64,000 bases of DNA from the NCBI GenBank assembly GCA_963842805.1, contig CAWJIA010000013.1:123-64122 (forward strand), in the 5' to 3' direction. Under the pieces are notes generated by a model. It saw nothing but the letters and a program-made list of their open reading frames with translations. It was not told the DNA's origin and made no database searches. The translations under genes and the position numbers were made by a program. Each line of letters starts with the position of its first letter. Within the stretch, counting starts at the first letter, position 1. Of the stretch, positions 50,061 through 58,955 are shown piece after piece. The DNA comes from an uncultured Chloroflexia bacterium (GTDB taxonomy: Bacteria > Chloroflexota > Dehalococcoidia > GIF9 > UBA5629).

Positions 50061-50723
50061 ATGCCTAAACCGGATGTCGATCTCATACTGAGGCGTTTGA
50101 TCGGCGCCTACGGCGACCGCAAATGGAAGCGGCAACTTGAGCCGGTCGGTGAACTGGTCCAGACCATCCTGTCGCAGAATACCTCCGACACCAACTCCCG
50201 CCGCGCCTTCAAATTACTGATGGATGAGTTCGGAGAATGGCATAATGTGGCTGATGCCAGCATGGAGCAGATAGCTGACGCCATCCGTAACGGAGGCCTG
50301 GCCGATGTTAAAGCCAGATATATCAAAAATGCCCTCACAGCCCTTGAGAAACAATCAACCGGCTTCGACCTTCAATTCCTGAAAAAAATGGACATTGATC
50401 CGGCGCGGCGCTGGCTGCTGAAATTGCCGGGCGTGGGTATGAAGACTGCGAGCTGTGTCCTGCTTTTTTCACTGGGTATGCCGGCTTTTCCCGTGGATAC
50501 CCACGTCTTCAGGGTGGCCAAGCGGCTGGGGTTGATCGGCAGCAAATTATCTGTGGACGATGCCCACCCGGCCATGGAAAAACTTATCGTTGCTAAAAAT
50601 ATATACCGGTACCACGTTCTGCTAATTGAACACGGAAGGAAAACCTGCAAGGCCCAGTATCCGCTATGCCGGAAGTGCGTACTGACAGATGTCTGCCCCA
50701 GCTGTAAATTGTTCGTCAAATAA
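50061..50723 (+). CDS. nth: Endonuclease III-family HhH-GPD DNA glycosylase with a 4Fe-4S cluster loop
   Basis: The sequence shows ILSQNTSD, LPGVGMKTASCVLLF, VDTHVFR and CKAQYPLCRKCVLTDVCPSC. Confidence 0.85.
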   Translation: MPKPDVDLILRRLIGAYGDRKWKRQLEPVGELVQTILSQNTSDTNSRRAFKLLMDEFGEWHNVADASMEQIADAIRNGGLADVKARYIKNALTALEKQSTGFDLQFLKKMDIDPARRWLLKLPGVGMKTASCVLLFSLGMPAFPVDTHVFRVAKRLGLIGSKLSVDDAHPAMEKLIVAKNIYRYHVLLIEHGRKTCKAQYPLCRKCVLTDVCPSCKLFVK

Positions 50724-50862
50724 CTTCAGGCTTTCGCTTTTCCCAACTGCGTTTTTCCCTGCCGCTCCCCGCCAGCTCCACCTTCAAGCCGTCTTTTTCA
50801 AGGTAAAGGCGGACTAGTTCCTGTATATTCGGCTCATCGTCTACTACCAGTATCGTGTTCAA
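50716..50862 (-). pseudogene. Truncated response-regulator receiver domain (N-terminal ~48 aa only)
   Basis: (L)NTILVVDDEPNIQELVRLYLEKDGLKVELAGSGRE...KRKPEVI* stops where the phospho-acceptor Asp (LLD) would follow. Its 3' end overlaps the convergent nth stop by 8 nt. Confidence 0.5.
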
Positions 50863-51057
50863 CTTTTAATACCTGCTCCAGATTATGGTTCAAAAGTGCG
50901 GTCAGTTCACAAAACACCGCACTAATGGGTTGAATAATGCGCCGCTGCTTCCGAGCTTTAACTTTTCATAAACCAACTAGTATAATTAGCGACTGTAATA
51001 TCTGTATTACCTCATTGTAAAAAATAGGTAAAAAATTCAAATGCCAGGGAGATCTCC

Positions 51058-51327
51058 ATGAGAAAAGCCAGCCTGCATTACGTGCTAGATATCATTGAGG
51101 GCTTGATTTTACTATTGCTTGTAGTATCCGGCTTTATACTATGGTTTGCCCTTCCTGAAGGCAGCGAGGCGGGAAAAACCGTACTTTACGACCGCCACAC
51201 ATGGATACAAATACATCAATGGCTGGCTGTCGGGCTGCTAATTTTCTTCAGCACACACGTCTTAACACACTGGGCATGGATCTCTTATATGACCCGGTCC
51301 TATTTCAGGAGATTTAGGAGAGGTTGA
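51058..51327 (+). CDS. Small membrane protein, DUF4405-like
   Basis: It has two or three TM helices with conserved His residues (HTWIQIHQW, STHVLTHW). Confidence 0.45.
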   Translation: MRKASLHYVLDIIEGLILLLLVVSGFILWFALPEGSEAGKTVLYDRHTWIQIHQWLAVGLLIFFSTHVLTHWAWISYMTRSYFRRFRRG

Positions 51328-51339
51328 CGGTAATCGGGA

Positions 51340-51558
51340 TCAGTGTATCTCACCCGAAGACGGACTTGTAAAATCAGGATAGACCGTTTCGATCAATTTC
51401 CCGCGGACTCCCGAGCCTGAACACTCGTCCATCGGCTCGCCCGGCCTAATCCTTGATCCCAGGGGAGGGTGTTTTGGAATGTGATCGATCGAATTGGGCA
51501 ACAGGAACCTGGCTTTGCACGTCAGACACTCCACCCTGTACATTAACCTATCCGTCAT
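51340..51558 (-). CDS. Hypothetical small protein (uncertain)
   Basis: It is a 72-aa ORF with one CxxC pair and no recognisable family. Confidence 0.25.
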   Translation of the reverse strand: MTDRLMYRVECLTCKARFLLPNSIDHIPKHPPLGSRIRPGEPMDECSGSGVRGKLIETVYPDFTSPSSGEIH

Positions 51559-51616
51559 GCATCCCCCTTTTAAATTATTCTGCCCTGAATACTCTCCCCA
51601 CCAATTTCATTATATG

Positions 51617-51644
51617 CATGTCTAAATCTACATGTCTAAATCTA
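51617..51644. repeat. Perfect tandem duplication of the 14-mer CATGTCTAAATCTA
   Basis: I read it directly: copies at 51617-51630 and 51631-51644. Confidence 0.9.
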
Positions 51645-51674
51645 AAAGTAAATGGCGATTTGCAGCAATCAACC

Positions 51675-51704
51675 TTGACACCTTATACCTCGAAAACCTA
51701 TCAT
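51675..51704 (+). promoter_or_regulatory. Candidate sigma-70-type promoter (TTGACA-18 nt-TATCAT) about 13 nt upstream of ATG 51718
   Basis: The -35 element is at 51675-51680 and the -10 element at 51699-51704. No SD lies between the -10 element and the ATG. Confidence 0.35.
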
Positions 51705-51717
51705 TGTTCATTGCGCC

Positions 51718-53259
51718 ATGAATTTGTACCTGAAGGCCCGCCTTATCCTGATCACTGGACTAATATCGGCTTCGCTTTTTTTTACTTCCTGCTCTAACTT
51801 GCCGTTTTTCGGCCCGCACTTGTACGACCCGGTAATAGCTACGGGCTTGGAGGCGGACTACCGTCCAAAGGATAGTACTAATTCCTTCTATATCGACAGC
51901 CCGCAGGTCTGCTGCTCGATCAGGCTTTCCGGCGCCCATGCCGATACTGCCGTTCAGGCCCACTGGATTTCTGAAAAAAGCGCATCGCAGAAAGAGGCAA
52001 GTAAGATCATCTACGAGGATACTAAGACGCAGGGCTATGATGGTTACCTCGGCTTTACACTTAACGCCCCTGCAGAGGGGTTCAGCAGCGGCCAATACAG
52101 GGTCGATCTCTACATCGATGGCAGCCAGCAAATCTCCATTCTCTTCTCCATAAAGAGTGACCCATCAGGTTCCCTTCCCCAGATCAACCAATTCTCCGCC
52201 GAGCCACCACAAATAGTATTGGGAGAGACATCTAAATTGAGCTGGAGTGTGGCAGGGGCTGGCCGGTTAAGCATAGAGCCGTCACCGGGAGCTGTTGCAT
52301 CCGATGGCAGCATCGATATAGCCCCAACAGCAGATACATCCTACACTCTTTGGGCGGTCAACAAGCGAGGAAACACTTCCAGTCATATTAAGCTCGTAGT
52401 GCAGCCGGTTAATAACAAGGCAGACCTGGTTGTAACCGACTTCTGGACCAGCGGCAATGTGCTTTCCTACCGCATTAAGAACATAGGCAACCTGACCTCT
52501 TGCGCTACGGAGAGTTACCTTTACAGGAATAACACTCGTGTATCCAGCGACTATGTGGCGCCTCTTGCACCGGGTGAGGAAAGGGGAGGATCTTTCACCA
52601 AATATCATTTCTCACCCCGTTTCTCGTCCTTTTCAGCATCTTTAACGGACGGTGACAGCTGCTATATGAAAGTGTGCGCCAACGGCGATGGTTCCTGTCC
52701 CGAGGCTGATTACACCAACAATTGCTTTGAACATAACTTCGGGCCGCTTTTGAATTTTAACCTGCTGCAATATTCGGCCAACGCTCAATGGCAGAGCAGC
52801 TCAGGTCCGCTGAGTTGGCCCATGTATGCCAACGAGGCACAGATATCTACAGCCCAGATAACAAGCAGTATCAGCTACCCGAATGCGCTTTTAATGCGAC
52901 CTCCCACTTCCGGCGGAAGTTGGATACAGGGTACGTTCGGGGTGCCTGTAGGCAACCCGGCCGAACTACGCTCGTTCACTATCCCCCACGACTGTAAATT
53001 CAGTGCCAATATAGGGCTGACCGTGGATGCGCCGGCAGCGGCAAACGTTAAATTTATACTTGGCACCTCACAGGGAGGTGCTATAAACTACTTCCCCCCC
53101 GTGACCGTAAATTCTGGCGGCGAGATAGCGACTTACGCGGTTGATTTGTCCGGACTGGCAGGCCAGAAAGTCCTATTTATCTTACGAGTGGAATCCGGCA
53201 GTCCTCTGCCAGAGGGAAGCGCGGCTTGGATAGAACCAGTACTCAGCCAGCAAAGATAG
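51718..53259 (+). CDS. Putative lipoprotein with a CARDB-like adhesion-fold domain
   Basis: The signal peptide and lipobox-like sequence is LISASLFFTSC. The middle of the protein reads ADLVVTDFWTSGNVLSYRIKNIGNLTS, which looks like a CARDB domain. Confidence 0.7.
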   Translation: MNLYLKARLILITGLISASLFFTSCSNLPFFGPHLYDPVIATGLEADYRPKDSTNSFYIDSPQVCCSIRLSGAHADTAVQAHWISEKSASQKEASKIIYEDTKTQGYDGYLGFTLNAPAEGFSSGQYRVDLYIDGSQQISILFSIKSDPSGSLPQINQFSAEPPQIVLGETSKLSWSVAGAGRLSIEPSPGAVASDGSIDIAPTADTSYTLWAVNKRGNTSSHIKLVVQPVNNKADLVVTDFWTSGNVLSYRIKNIGNLTSCATESYLYRNNTRVSSDYVAPLAPGEERGGSFTKYHFSPRFSSFSASLTDGDSCYMKVCANGDGSCPEADYTNNCFEHNFGPLLNFNLLQYSANAQWQSSSGPLSWPMYANEAQISTAQITSSISYPNALLMRPPTSGGSWIQGTFGVPVGNPAELRSFTIPHDCKFSANIGLTVDAPAAANVKFILGTSQGGAINYFPPVTVNSGGEIATYAVDLSGLAGQKVLFILRVESGSPLPEGSAAWIEPVLSQQR

Positions 53260-56200
53260 CATGCGAAATCCTGTTATGTGCTTTTAGCCTGCTTACGGCC
53301 ATAACGATTATCTCTCCATCCCTTGCCATCTCTCCGGTGTCTGCCAATACTCCTTCGACCTGCGTTTTGAAATGGGGCACCGTCGATACGCCGGGCGGCT
53401 ATCCTCAGCGCAACGATGTGATAACTCCCTGTGAGATCAGCGACTTGGCAGTTTCCACCGACGATAAAACCGTGTACGCCATCGATATACCTGATGCCAG
53501 TAACGGACCACTGGTCAAAGCAGGAATCTGGAGAAGCTCAGACGGCGGCATATCCTGGAGCATGAGGCCTACCCTGTGGCTGGCGCAGGCGTCACCCCCT
53601 CCGGTTTTTCCAGTGGCGGATATCTCAGTCTCCCCAGATGATCCCGATTTCATAGCTGCCGTCTGCATGGACAGCGGCGGCACTCACCGTAGGGAAGTCT
53701 ATATCTCCTCAGACGGAGGAGTAAACTGGTTCTATGGCGGTCATATCCCCTGGCTTTATGGCCCGGGCGAGCAAATCGGCAGCATCGTCATATCGGCACT
53801 TTACACCTGCCGTGGAAATGCCCTGCATGATATTATAGTCGGTAGCCGCGACCCAGCTGACGGCCTGGCTCAGGGGGAGATCTACGTGCTGAGCTACCCA
53901 GCCATGGGAGGATGGAAGGCTCAGGGATATACCGGCGGCGATATCATCTCCCTGCTGGCCTCGCCCGCATATACGACCGATTCCACACTGGTCATCATGT
54001 CCAGCACCACACAGCGGACGTATATAAATCTCGGCTACCGCGATTTCGCAGCCGACACTAGCGTGTGGAACCAGTATAGCGGATGGCCGGTCGAACTGTG
54101 TGCTCCCGATCAGGCCGGGGGTACGGGCAGCGGCGAAATCAAGATTATCACCGGCGGTTTATCCCTACCATCTGACTTCGACAGCAACGTTTCTGCCAAA
54201 CGCGTCATCTTCGCCGCTTATGATTCCAATGGGTTGTCTATTGGCACTTCTCAGCCGTTGGACGATGTTTACCGCCTCAACGACACTGTTGTAACCCGGC
54301 TCAGAGTGCCGGGTAATGTGAGTAAGCCGAGGTTAAGCTCAATTGCCTACAGCGGGAGCACACTTTCTGGCAAATTGCTGGCCGGGAGCGTAATTGCCGA
54401 CCCGCTTACAGCCATGTCCGGTATCTTTTTCACATCCGACCCCCTTGGACTCTGTTCAACCTGGGTCAGACCCCTGAAAGCATCCACGGGCGGATATAAC
54501 TCCGGCTTTGCCAATGTCAGGTTGGCCTGGACGGAGGATGGTTCGGCCGCACTGTGTGGCACGGGATCGGGCAACCGGGATACGCCGCTCAAATGGTCAA
54601 ACCCCAATGATGCATCCTGGAACGCAGCACCACTGGATGAATCGGCCTTCTCCAAGAGCGAAGACGACGGTATTTCCTGGAACCAGCTCGGCCTGATAGA
54701 TACCCTGCTAAACCGCTTTGAGGCGCTGGCAGTATCAAGCGACGGTAAAACCGCATATATTTCTTCGGTGAATGACAGAGGCTTGGACAGCACCTGGTGT
54801 AGCCGCACGGACCCGATAGGAGACTCCTGGCAGAGAGTGCTGTGTACCGACTGCCCCATGCCGTTGCTCAAGCTGTCGCCCGACGATCAGAAAGGAGCGG
54901 CGGTTTTTCTGGGCACACAGCTCACGACCCGCCTGCTGCAGTCTCGTGACGGTGGGCAGACCTGGCAGGACTGCCTTCCGGATATCTTCTTGCAGGATAT
55001 GGCTGCGCCCGGCGGCGACGTGTTGCTTGTGCTACAGGCGGACGGGCTGGTCCGGCATGGAAAATACAGCGCCAAAGGTTGGCGCTGGGACTTTTCCACC
55101 GATACCGGCCTTAAGCTTGCTCACACCATAGAAGTTCAGCAAAACAAAGTCCTGGTTGGTGCTGGCATTGGGCAGCAATGCCCGGCAGCCTATTCCCTGG
55201 ATGGCGGAGATAATTGGATACAGATTACCGAACCTGCTTACAGCTATGGAAACAAACATGTCGCCTTTGACGACCAATTCAAAACCAACAACTTTATTTA
55301 CCTTGCCGACGATGCCGGCGGCCTTTACCGTTGGGCCATCGACATTAACGAGCGTTGGGACGATATGAGTCCGCCCTATAACAGCTACTATGGCCTCTGC
55401 GTTGCAGGCCGGGGCACCCTATATGCAGCATATAACCCAGCCAGATCAGGGGTCGATAGGACGCTTTACTCCCGCACTGCCATCCCCGGCAACAACGTAT
55501 CATGGGACTCCCTGGCAACCGGCTTACCCGCGGGCGTCCTTTTCAAGATGGAGCCTGATGCTCTGGTATACGCCGATGAAACCATGTGGGCTATCGATTC
55601 CCACGATTATGACCCTTATAACGGGGTAGGCCGTCTCTGGGCTTTCAAAGATACGTTGGCCAACCATTCTCCCTGGCTGATAGCGCCCAAACCAGGCAGT
55701 TACGTGTTGTGCGATCCTGTTACCGGACGCAACGGGCAAGTCGACCTAAAATGGGAACAATTATCGCTGGCGGATGCCTACGAGGTCGAGATCGGCAAGG
55801 ATAGCTGGTTCGACATGGTGGTAGATACGGCCGCGCCCTCCACCAGTCCTTTTTATGTGCCGGAAGATTTGCTTTATCCATCATACTATATAACTGACGG
55901 AGCATTACCCGAGGCAGGCAGTAGCTACTATTGGCATGTACGCGTCAGACGCGCCGTCACCGGGCAGGTCATACGCAGCCGCTGGTCTTATGGCATGAGC
56001 TTCAATATACGTCCTGGCTACCCGGTAACGTCAACAGACTACCCCGGCCTTCAGCCTCTGAAGCCCGCAAGCGGGACCCGGGATGCACCTGTTTATCCCA
56101 CCAGCTTTTCATGGACCCCGCTGCAAAATACGACGACCTACCGCTTTGTTTTGGCTTCAGACCCGGGGCTGGCTAAACCCATTATTGACGAGAAAGTCAA

Positions 56201-56453
56201 AGAGACAGCTTACAACCTGACCTGGGGACTGAGCTACAGGACGGCTTATTTTTGGCAGGTAACTCCGCTGGAACCTATGCCCGGTGAACCAAGTCCGGTC
56301 TTCTCGTTCACAACGGCCGGCGGCCCGGGTCTTCCATCCAGGTTGATTCAGACGGAAGACAACTCGACCAACGGACTTCTGATAGTCTTGATCCTGGTTA
56401 TCCTGTTCGGGCTCTCCATACAGGTCATCCTATACCACACGAGGCAGCATTGA
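53226..56453 (+). CDS. BNR/Asp-box repeat beta-propeller surface protein with a C-terminal TM anchor
   Basis: It has five SxDxGxxW boxes (SSDGGISW, SSDGGVNW, SEDDGISW, SRDGGQTW, SLDGGDNW), an N-terminal signal peptide ending VSA-NT, and a C-terminal helix LLIVLILVILFGLSIQVILY. The only canonical in-frame start is TTG 53226. Confidence 0.8.
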   Translation: MDRTSTQPAKIACEILLCAFSLLTAITIISPSLAISPVSANTPSTCVLKWGTVDTPGGYPQRNDVITPCEISDLAVSTDDKTVYAIDIPDASNGPLVKAGIWRSSDGGISWSMRPTLWLAQASPPPVFPVADISVSPDDPDFIAAVCMDSGGTHRREVYISSDGGVNWFYGGHIPWLYGPGEQIGSIVISALYTCRGNALHDIIVGSRDPADGLAQGEIYVLSYPAMGGWKAQGYTGGDIISLLASPAYTTDSTLVIMSSTTQRTYINLGYRDFAADTSVWNQYSGWPVELCAPDQAGGTGSGEIKIITGGLSLPSDFDSNVSAKRVIFAAYDSNGLSIGTSQPLDDVYRLNDTVVTRLRVPGNVSKPRLSSIAYSGSTLSGKLLAGSVIADPLTAMSGIFFTSDPLGLCSTWVRPLKASTGGYNSGFANVRLAWTEDGSAALCGTGSGNRDTPLKWSNPNDASWNAAPLDESAFSKSEDDGISWNQLGLIDTLLNRFEALAVSSDGKTAYISSVNDRGLDSTWCSRTDPIGDSWQRVLCTDCPMPLLKLSPDDQKGAAVFLGTQLTTRLLQSRDGGQTWQDCLPDIFLQDMAAPGGDVLLVLQADGLVRHGKYSAKGWRWDFSTDTGLKLAHTIEVQQNKVLVGAGIGQQCPAAYSLDGGDNWIQITEPAYSYGNKHVAFDDQFKTNNFIYLADDAGGLYRWAIDINERWDDMSPPYNSYYGLCVAGRGTLYAAYNPARSGVDRTLYSRTAIPGNNVSWDSLATGLPAGVLFKMEPDALVYADETMWAIDSHDYDPYNGVGRLWAFKDTLANHSPWLIAPKPGSYVLCDPVTGRNGQVDLKWEQLSLADAYEVEIGKDSWFDMVVDTAAPSTSPFYVPEDLLYPSYYITDGALPEAGSSYYWHVRVRRAVTGQVIRSRWSYGMSFNIRPGYPVTSTDYPGLQPLKPASGTRDAPVYPTSFSWTPLQNTTTYRFVLASDPGLAKPIIDEKVKETAYNLTWGLSYRTAYFWQVTPLEPMPGEPSPVFSFTTAGGPGLPSRLIQTEDNSTNGLLIVLILVILFGLSIQVILYHTRQH

Positions 56454-56563
56454 CCGCAGATTGAATAGCTCCTGGAATAAGCTGAAATCCTTGCGCCCTT
56501 CCATTAAACCGTTTTGCCTGATAAACTGTTGAGAAATATTCGCAATAATGGGAGGTAGAGGCC

Positions 56564-57388
56564 ATGGCCGGTAAAGATTTCTTCAATGTCCCCAAAACGA
56601 TCGCAAATACCTCGGCGGGCGAGCTTGAGTTGCCCGTACTGTATTTCGACGTATCAGTAAGGCAGTTAAATTTCTGGGTGGATTATGAGAAGGCCCTGCT
56701 CAAGCTGGAGGGCACAGGGCTGGAGCCTATCAGGTTCTCCAACGGCAAAACGATCGTGAGCATGGTCTTCTACAATTACCGCCGGACGAGTGTTTCATCC
56801 TACGAAGAGTTGGGCCTGGCCATCACGGCACAGCCACAATCTCCCAAAAATAAAACGCGCCGCTTGATAACTATATTCGGCATTCCCATGATCAGCGGAG
56901 GCATCAGCGCCTACGTCCTGGAGCTTCCCGTAACTACCGACATTGCCCGTTCTGCAGGCCGCGAGATTTGGGGCTATCCAAAGTTCGTGACCAGCCTACC
57001 TTTCAAATTTAGCGCAACCGGCTTCGAATTCGGGGCGCTGGACCCGGCAACCGGAGAATCAATCGTTTCAGTCAAAGCTGATCTTTCAAAGGGTAAGGGC
57101 ATGACCACGCGCGGGTTCGACCTGGTAACTTACTCCAATTTGAACGATTGGATCCTGAAAACCATCGTAAACGTAGACGTCAAATACAAAACATACATGA
57201 ACAGGCCTGCCGAGATAAAAGTCGGCCCGGCTAAACACAGGATGAGCGACAATCTGAGGGATCTGTGCCTGGATAACACGCAGCCATTCGTCATTCAGAC
57301 CACCGACTCCTTCCGTTCGCGACTGAACAAGGGGGAGCCCATCGCCCAATGGAAGACACCGCCGCTGCCATACCCTGTAAACAAATAA
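56564..57388 (+). CDS. Acetoacetate decarboxylase (ADC)-family protein
   Basis: The size is right, and motifs such as SYEELGLAI and AGREIWGYPKF resemble the family. Confidence 0.55.
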   Translation: MAGKDFFNVPKTIANTSAGELELPVLYFDVSVRQLNFWVDYEKALLKLEGTGLEPIRFSNGKTIVSMVFYNYRRTSVSSYEELGLAITAQPQSPKNKTRRLITIFGIPMISGGISAYVLELPVTTDIARSAGREIWGYPKFVTSLPFKFSATGFEFGALDPATGESIVSVKADLSKGKGMTTRGFDLVTYSNLNDWILKTIVNVDVKYKTYMNRPAEIKVGPAKHRMSDNLRDLCLDNTQPFVIQTTDSFRSRLNKGEPIAQWKTPPLPYPVNK

Positions 57389-57409
57389 TTCCTATTGAAG
57401 GAGCTTGAA

Positions 57410-58636
57410 ATGGCCTATCTTGATTTAGACGTGAACCTTACCGAGCAGCAACGACAGCTTAAGGCTGAAGCGCACAAGTTCGCCGTTGAAGTCCTGCGAC
57501 CGGCCGCTTTAGCGCTGGATAAGATGCCGCCCGAGAAGGTAGTTGAGAAAGGCTCCCTCTACTGGCAGACGATGGCCAAAATGTATGAGAACGGATATCA
57601 CACGGCCACCCTGCTCGGCCATCCCGGCAGCCTGGCGCAGGACCCGATCGCCCTCCATATTCTATGGGAGGAGCTGGCCTACGGCAGCGTGGGTTTTGCC
57701 GTCGCCCTGGGTGTCAGCTTTTTCTGCGCTACGGCCGCCCAGACAGTGGGCAACCCCAAATTGATCGATAAGTTTTACACCCCCTTCATTAACTGTAAAG
57801 ACGCCAGCATAATTAGTTGCTGGGGCGCCACCGAGCCCGATCACGGGTCTGATAACCTGATGATGGGCACGGATATTTATCACAACAAGAATATTACGCA
57901 GCAATGTAAAGCGGTAACACAAGGTTCGGACTGGATTATCAACGGACAGAAAGCTGCCTGGGTTTCCAATGGGCCGGTCGCCACCAATATTATGCTCTCC
58001 GTCAATCTCGTCCCGGAGATGGGCATGGCGGGTGGAGGAAGCTGTATGCTTGACCTCAACCTGCCCGGCGTTAGCCGCGGCAAGCCGCTGGACAAGCTTG
58101 GACAGAGGGAGCTGCCGCAGGGCGAGATCTTCTTCGATAACGTCGTATGCCCGGGAGACCAGATGATCATGGATCAGACGGCCTATGAGCTTGTAGGCGA
58201 GTTTACTCTGGCGCATGCCAACATGGGTATGGGAACATTCTTCACCGGCCTGGCCCAGGCCTGCTACGACCTGGCCCTCCAGTACACAAAGGAAAGGATC
58301 CAGGGCGGCAGGAGGCTATGCGAGCACGCCTGGATTCAGGCCAGGCTCTTCGACATGTTTTCCACGGTTGAGACCTGCCGGGCTTTTTCACGAAGCGTAA
58401 TGGTGTACAACACCAAGACATTCCCGCCTTCTCCGCAGCACGGCATCGCATCCAAGGTTTATTGCACTAACGCCGCTTACAAGGTAGCAACCGAGGCCGT
58501 GCAGATTTTCGGCGGGCTGGGCTTGAGCAAGGAGCTACCCATAGAGAAACTATTCCGCGACGCACGCGCGGGACTGATAGAGGACGGGACTAACGAGGCA
58601 CTCTCTATCGTGGGTGGCAACACGTTGGTGAGGTAG
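57410..58636 (+). CDS. Acyl-CoA dehydrogenase family protein
   Basis: The sequence shows CWGATEPDHGSD, INGQKAWVSNG, and IFGGLGLSKELPIEKLFRDAR. I prefer ATG 57410, which has GGAG 7 nt upstream. Confidence 0.9.
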   Translation: MAYLDLDVNLTEQQRQLKAEAHKFAVEVLRPAALALDKMPPEKVVEKGSLYWQTMAKMYENGYHTATLLGHPGSLAQDPIALHILWEELAYGSVGFAVALGVSFFCATAAQTVGNPKLIDKFYTPFINCKDASIISCWGATEPDHGSDNLMMGTDIYHNKNITQQCKAVTQGSDWIINGQKAAWVSNGPVATNIMLSVNLVPEMGMAGGGSCMLDLNLPGVSRGKPLDKLGQRELPQGEIFFDNVVCPGDQMIMDQTAYELVGEFTLAHANMGMGTFFTGLAQACYDLALQYTKERIQGGRRLCEHAWIQARLFDMFSTVETCRAFSRSVMVYNTKTFPPSPQHGIASKVYCTNAAYKVATEAVQIFGGLGLSKELPIEKLFRDARAGLIEDGTNEALSIVGGNTLVR

Positions 58637-58705
58637 GGCTTATTCTTTATCGCAAATAAAGAAAGGGCATATGTCGGCTGGTAATAAGGGGTGGCAGCGA
58701 AACTA

Positions 58706-58714
58706 TGGTATAAT
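58706..58714 (+). promoter_or_regulatory. Extended -10 element (TGGTATAAT) about 19 nt upstream of tRNA-His
   Basis: I read TGg-TATAAT directly. No convincing -35 element is present. Confidence 0.35.
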
Positions 58715-58732
58715 TGCACCCCGTAATCGCAT

Positions 58733-58810
58733 GGTGAGTGTGGCCCAGAGGCCTAAGGCGCCAGGTTGTGGCCCTGGATATCGAGGGTTCGAATCCCTCC
58801 ACTCACCCCA
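58733..58810 (+). tRNA. tRNA-His (anticodon GTG) with G-1 and encoded CCA
   Basis: I folded the cloverleaf by hand. It runs G-1 + GTGAGTG acceptor, CCAGG/TTGTGGC/CCTGG anticodon arm, GAGGG/TTCGAAT/CCCTC T-arm, CACTCAC, C73, CCA. Confidence 0.95.
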
Positions 58811-58812
58811 CC

Positions 58813-58896
58813 TTTTCCCCTCTCCCCAGAATGAAGTAAATAAAGGTTCGGCGGACATATTTAAGAATAAAGTTTGCACGTTTTCCCCTCTCCCCA
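58813..58896. repeat. Two perfect copies of the 16-mer TTTTCCCCTCTCCCCA (58813-58828 and 58881-58896)
   Basis: I read them directly. The first starts 2 nt after the tRNA-His CCA, and the second ends 17 nt before the tRNA-Arg 5' end. Confidence 0.9.
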
Positions 58897-58913
58897 ACCA
58901 GTATTGTTTACCT

Positions 58914-58955
58914 GCGCCTGTAGCTCAGCGGATCAGAGCATCGGTCTTCGGAACT
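58914..58955 (+). pseudogene. 5' half of tRNA-Arg (anticodon TCG), truncated just after the anticodon loop
   Basis: The acceptor 5' strand is GCGCCTG, the D-arm is TA-GCTC-AGCGGATCA-GAGC, and the anticodon stem 5' strand plus loop is A-TCGGT-CTTCGGA. The sequence then diverges (ACTCACGTTGAGTG...). It has no T-arm and no matching CAGGCGC 3' strand. Confidence 0.7.

Noticed and set aside
51617-51644. A CRISPR-like or minisatellite array
   Set aside because: There are only two 14-nt units with no spacers, and no cas genes.
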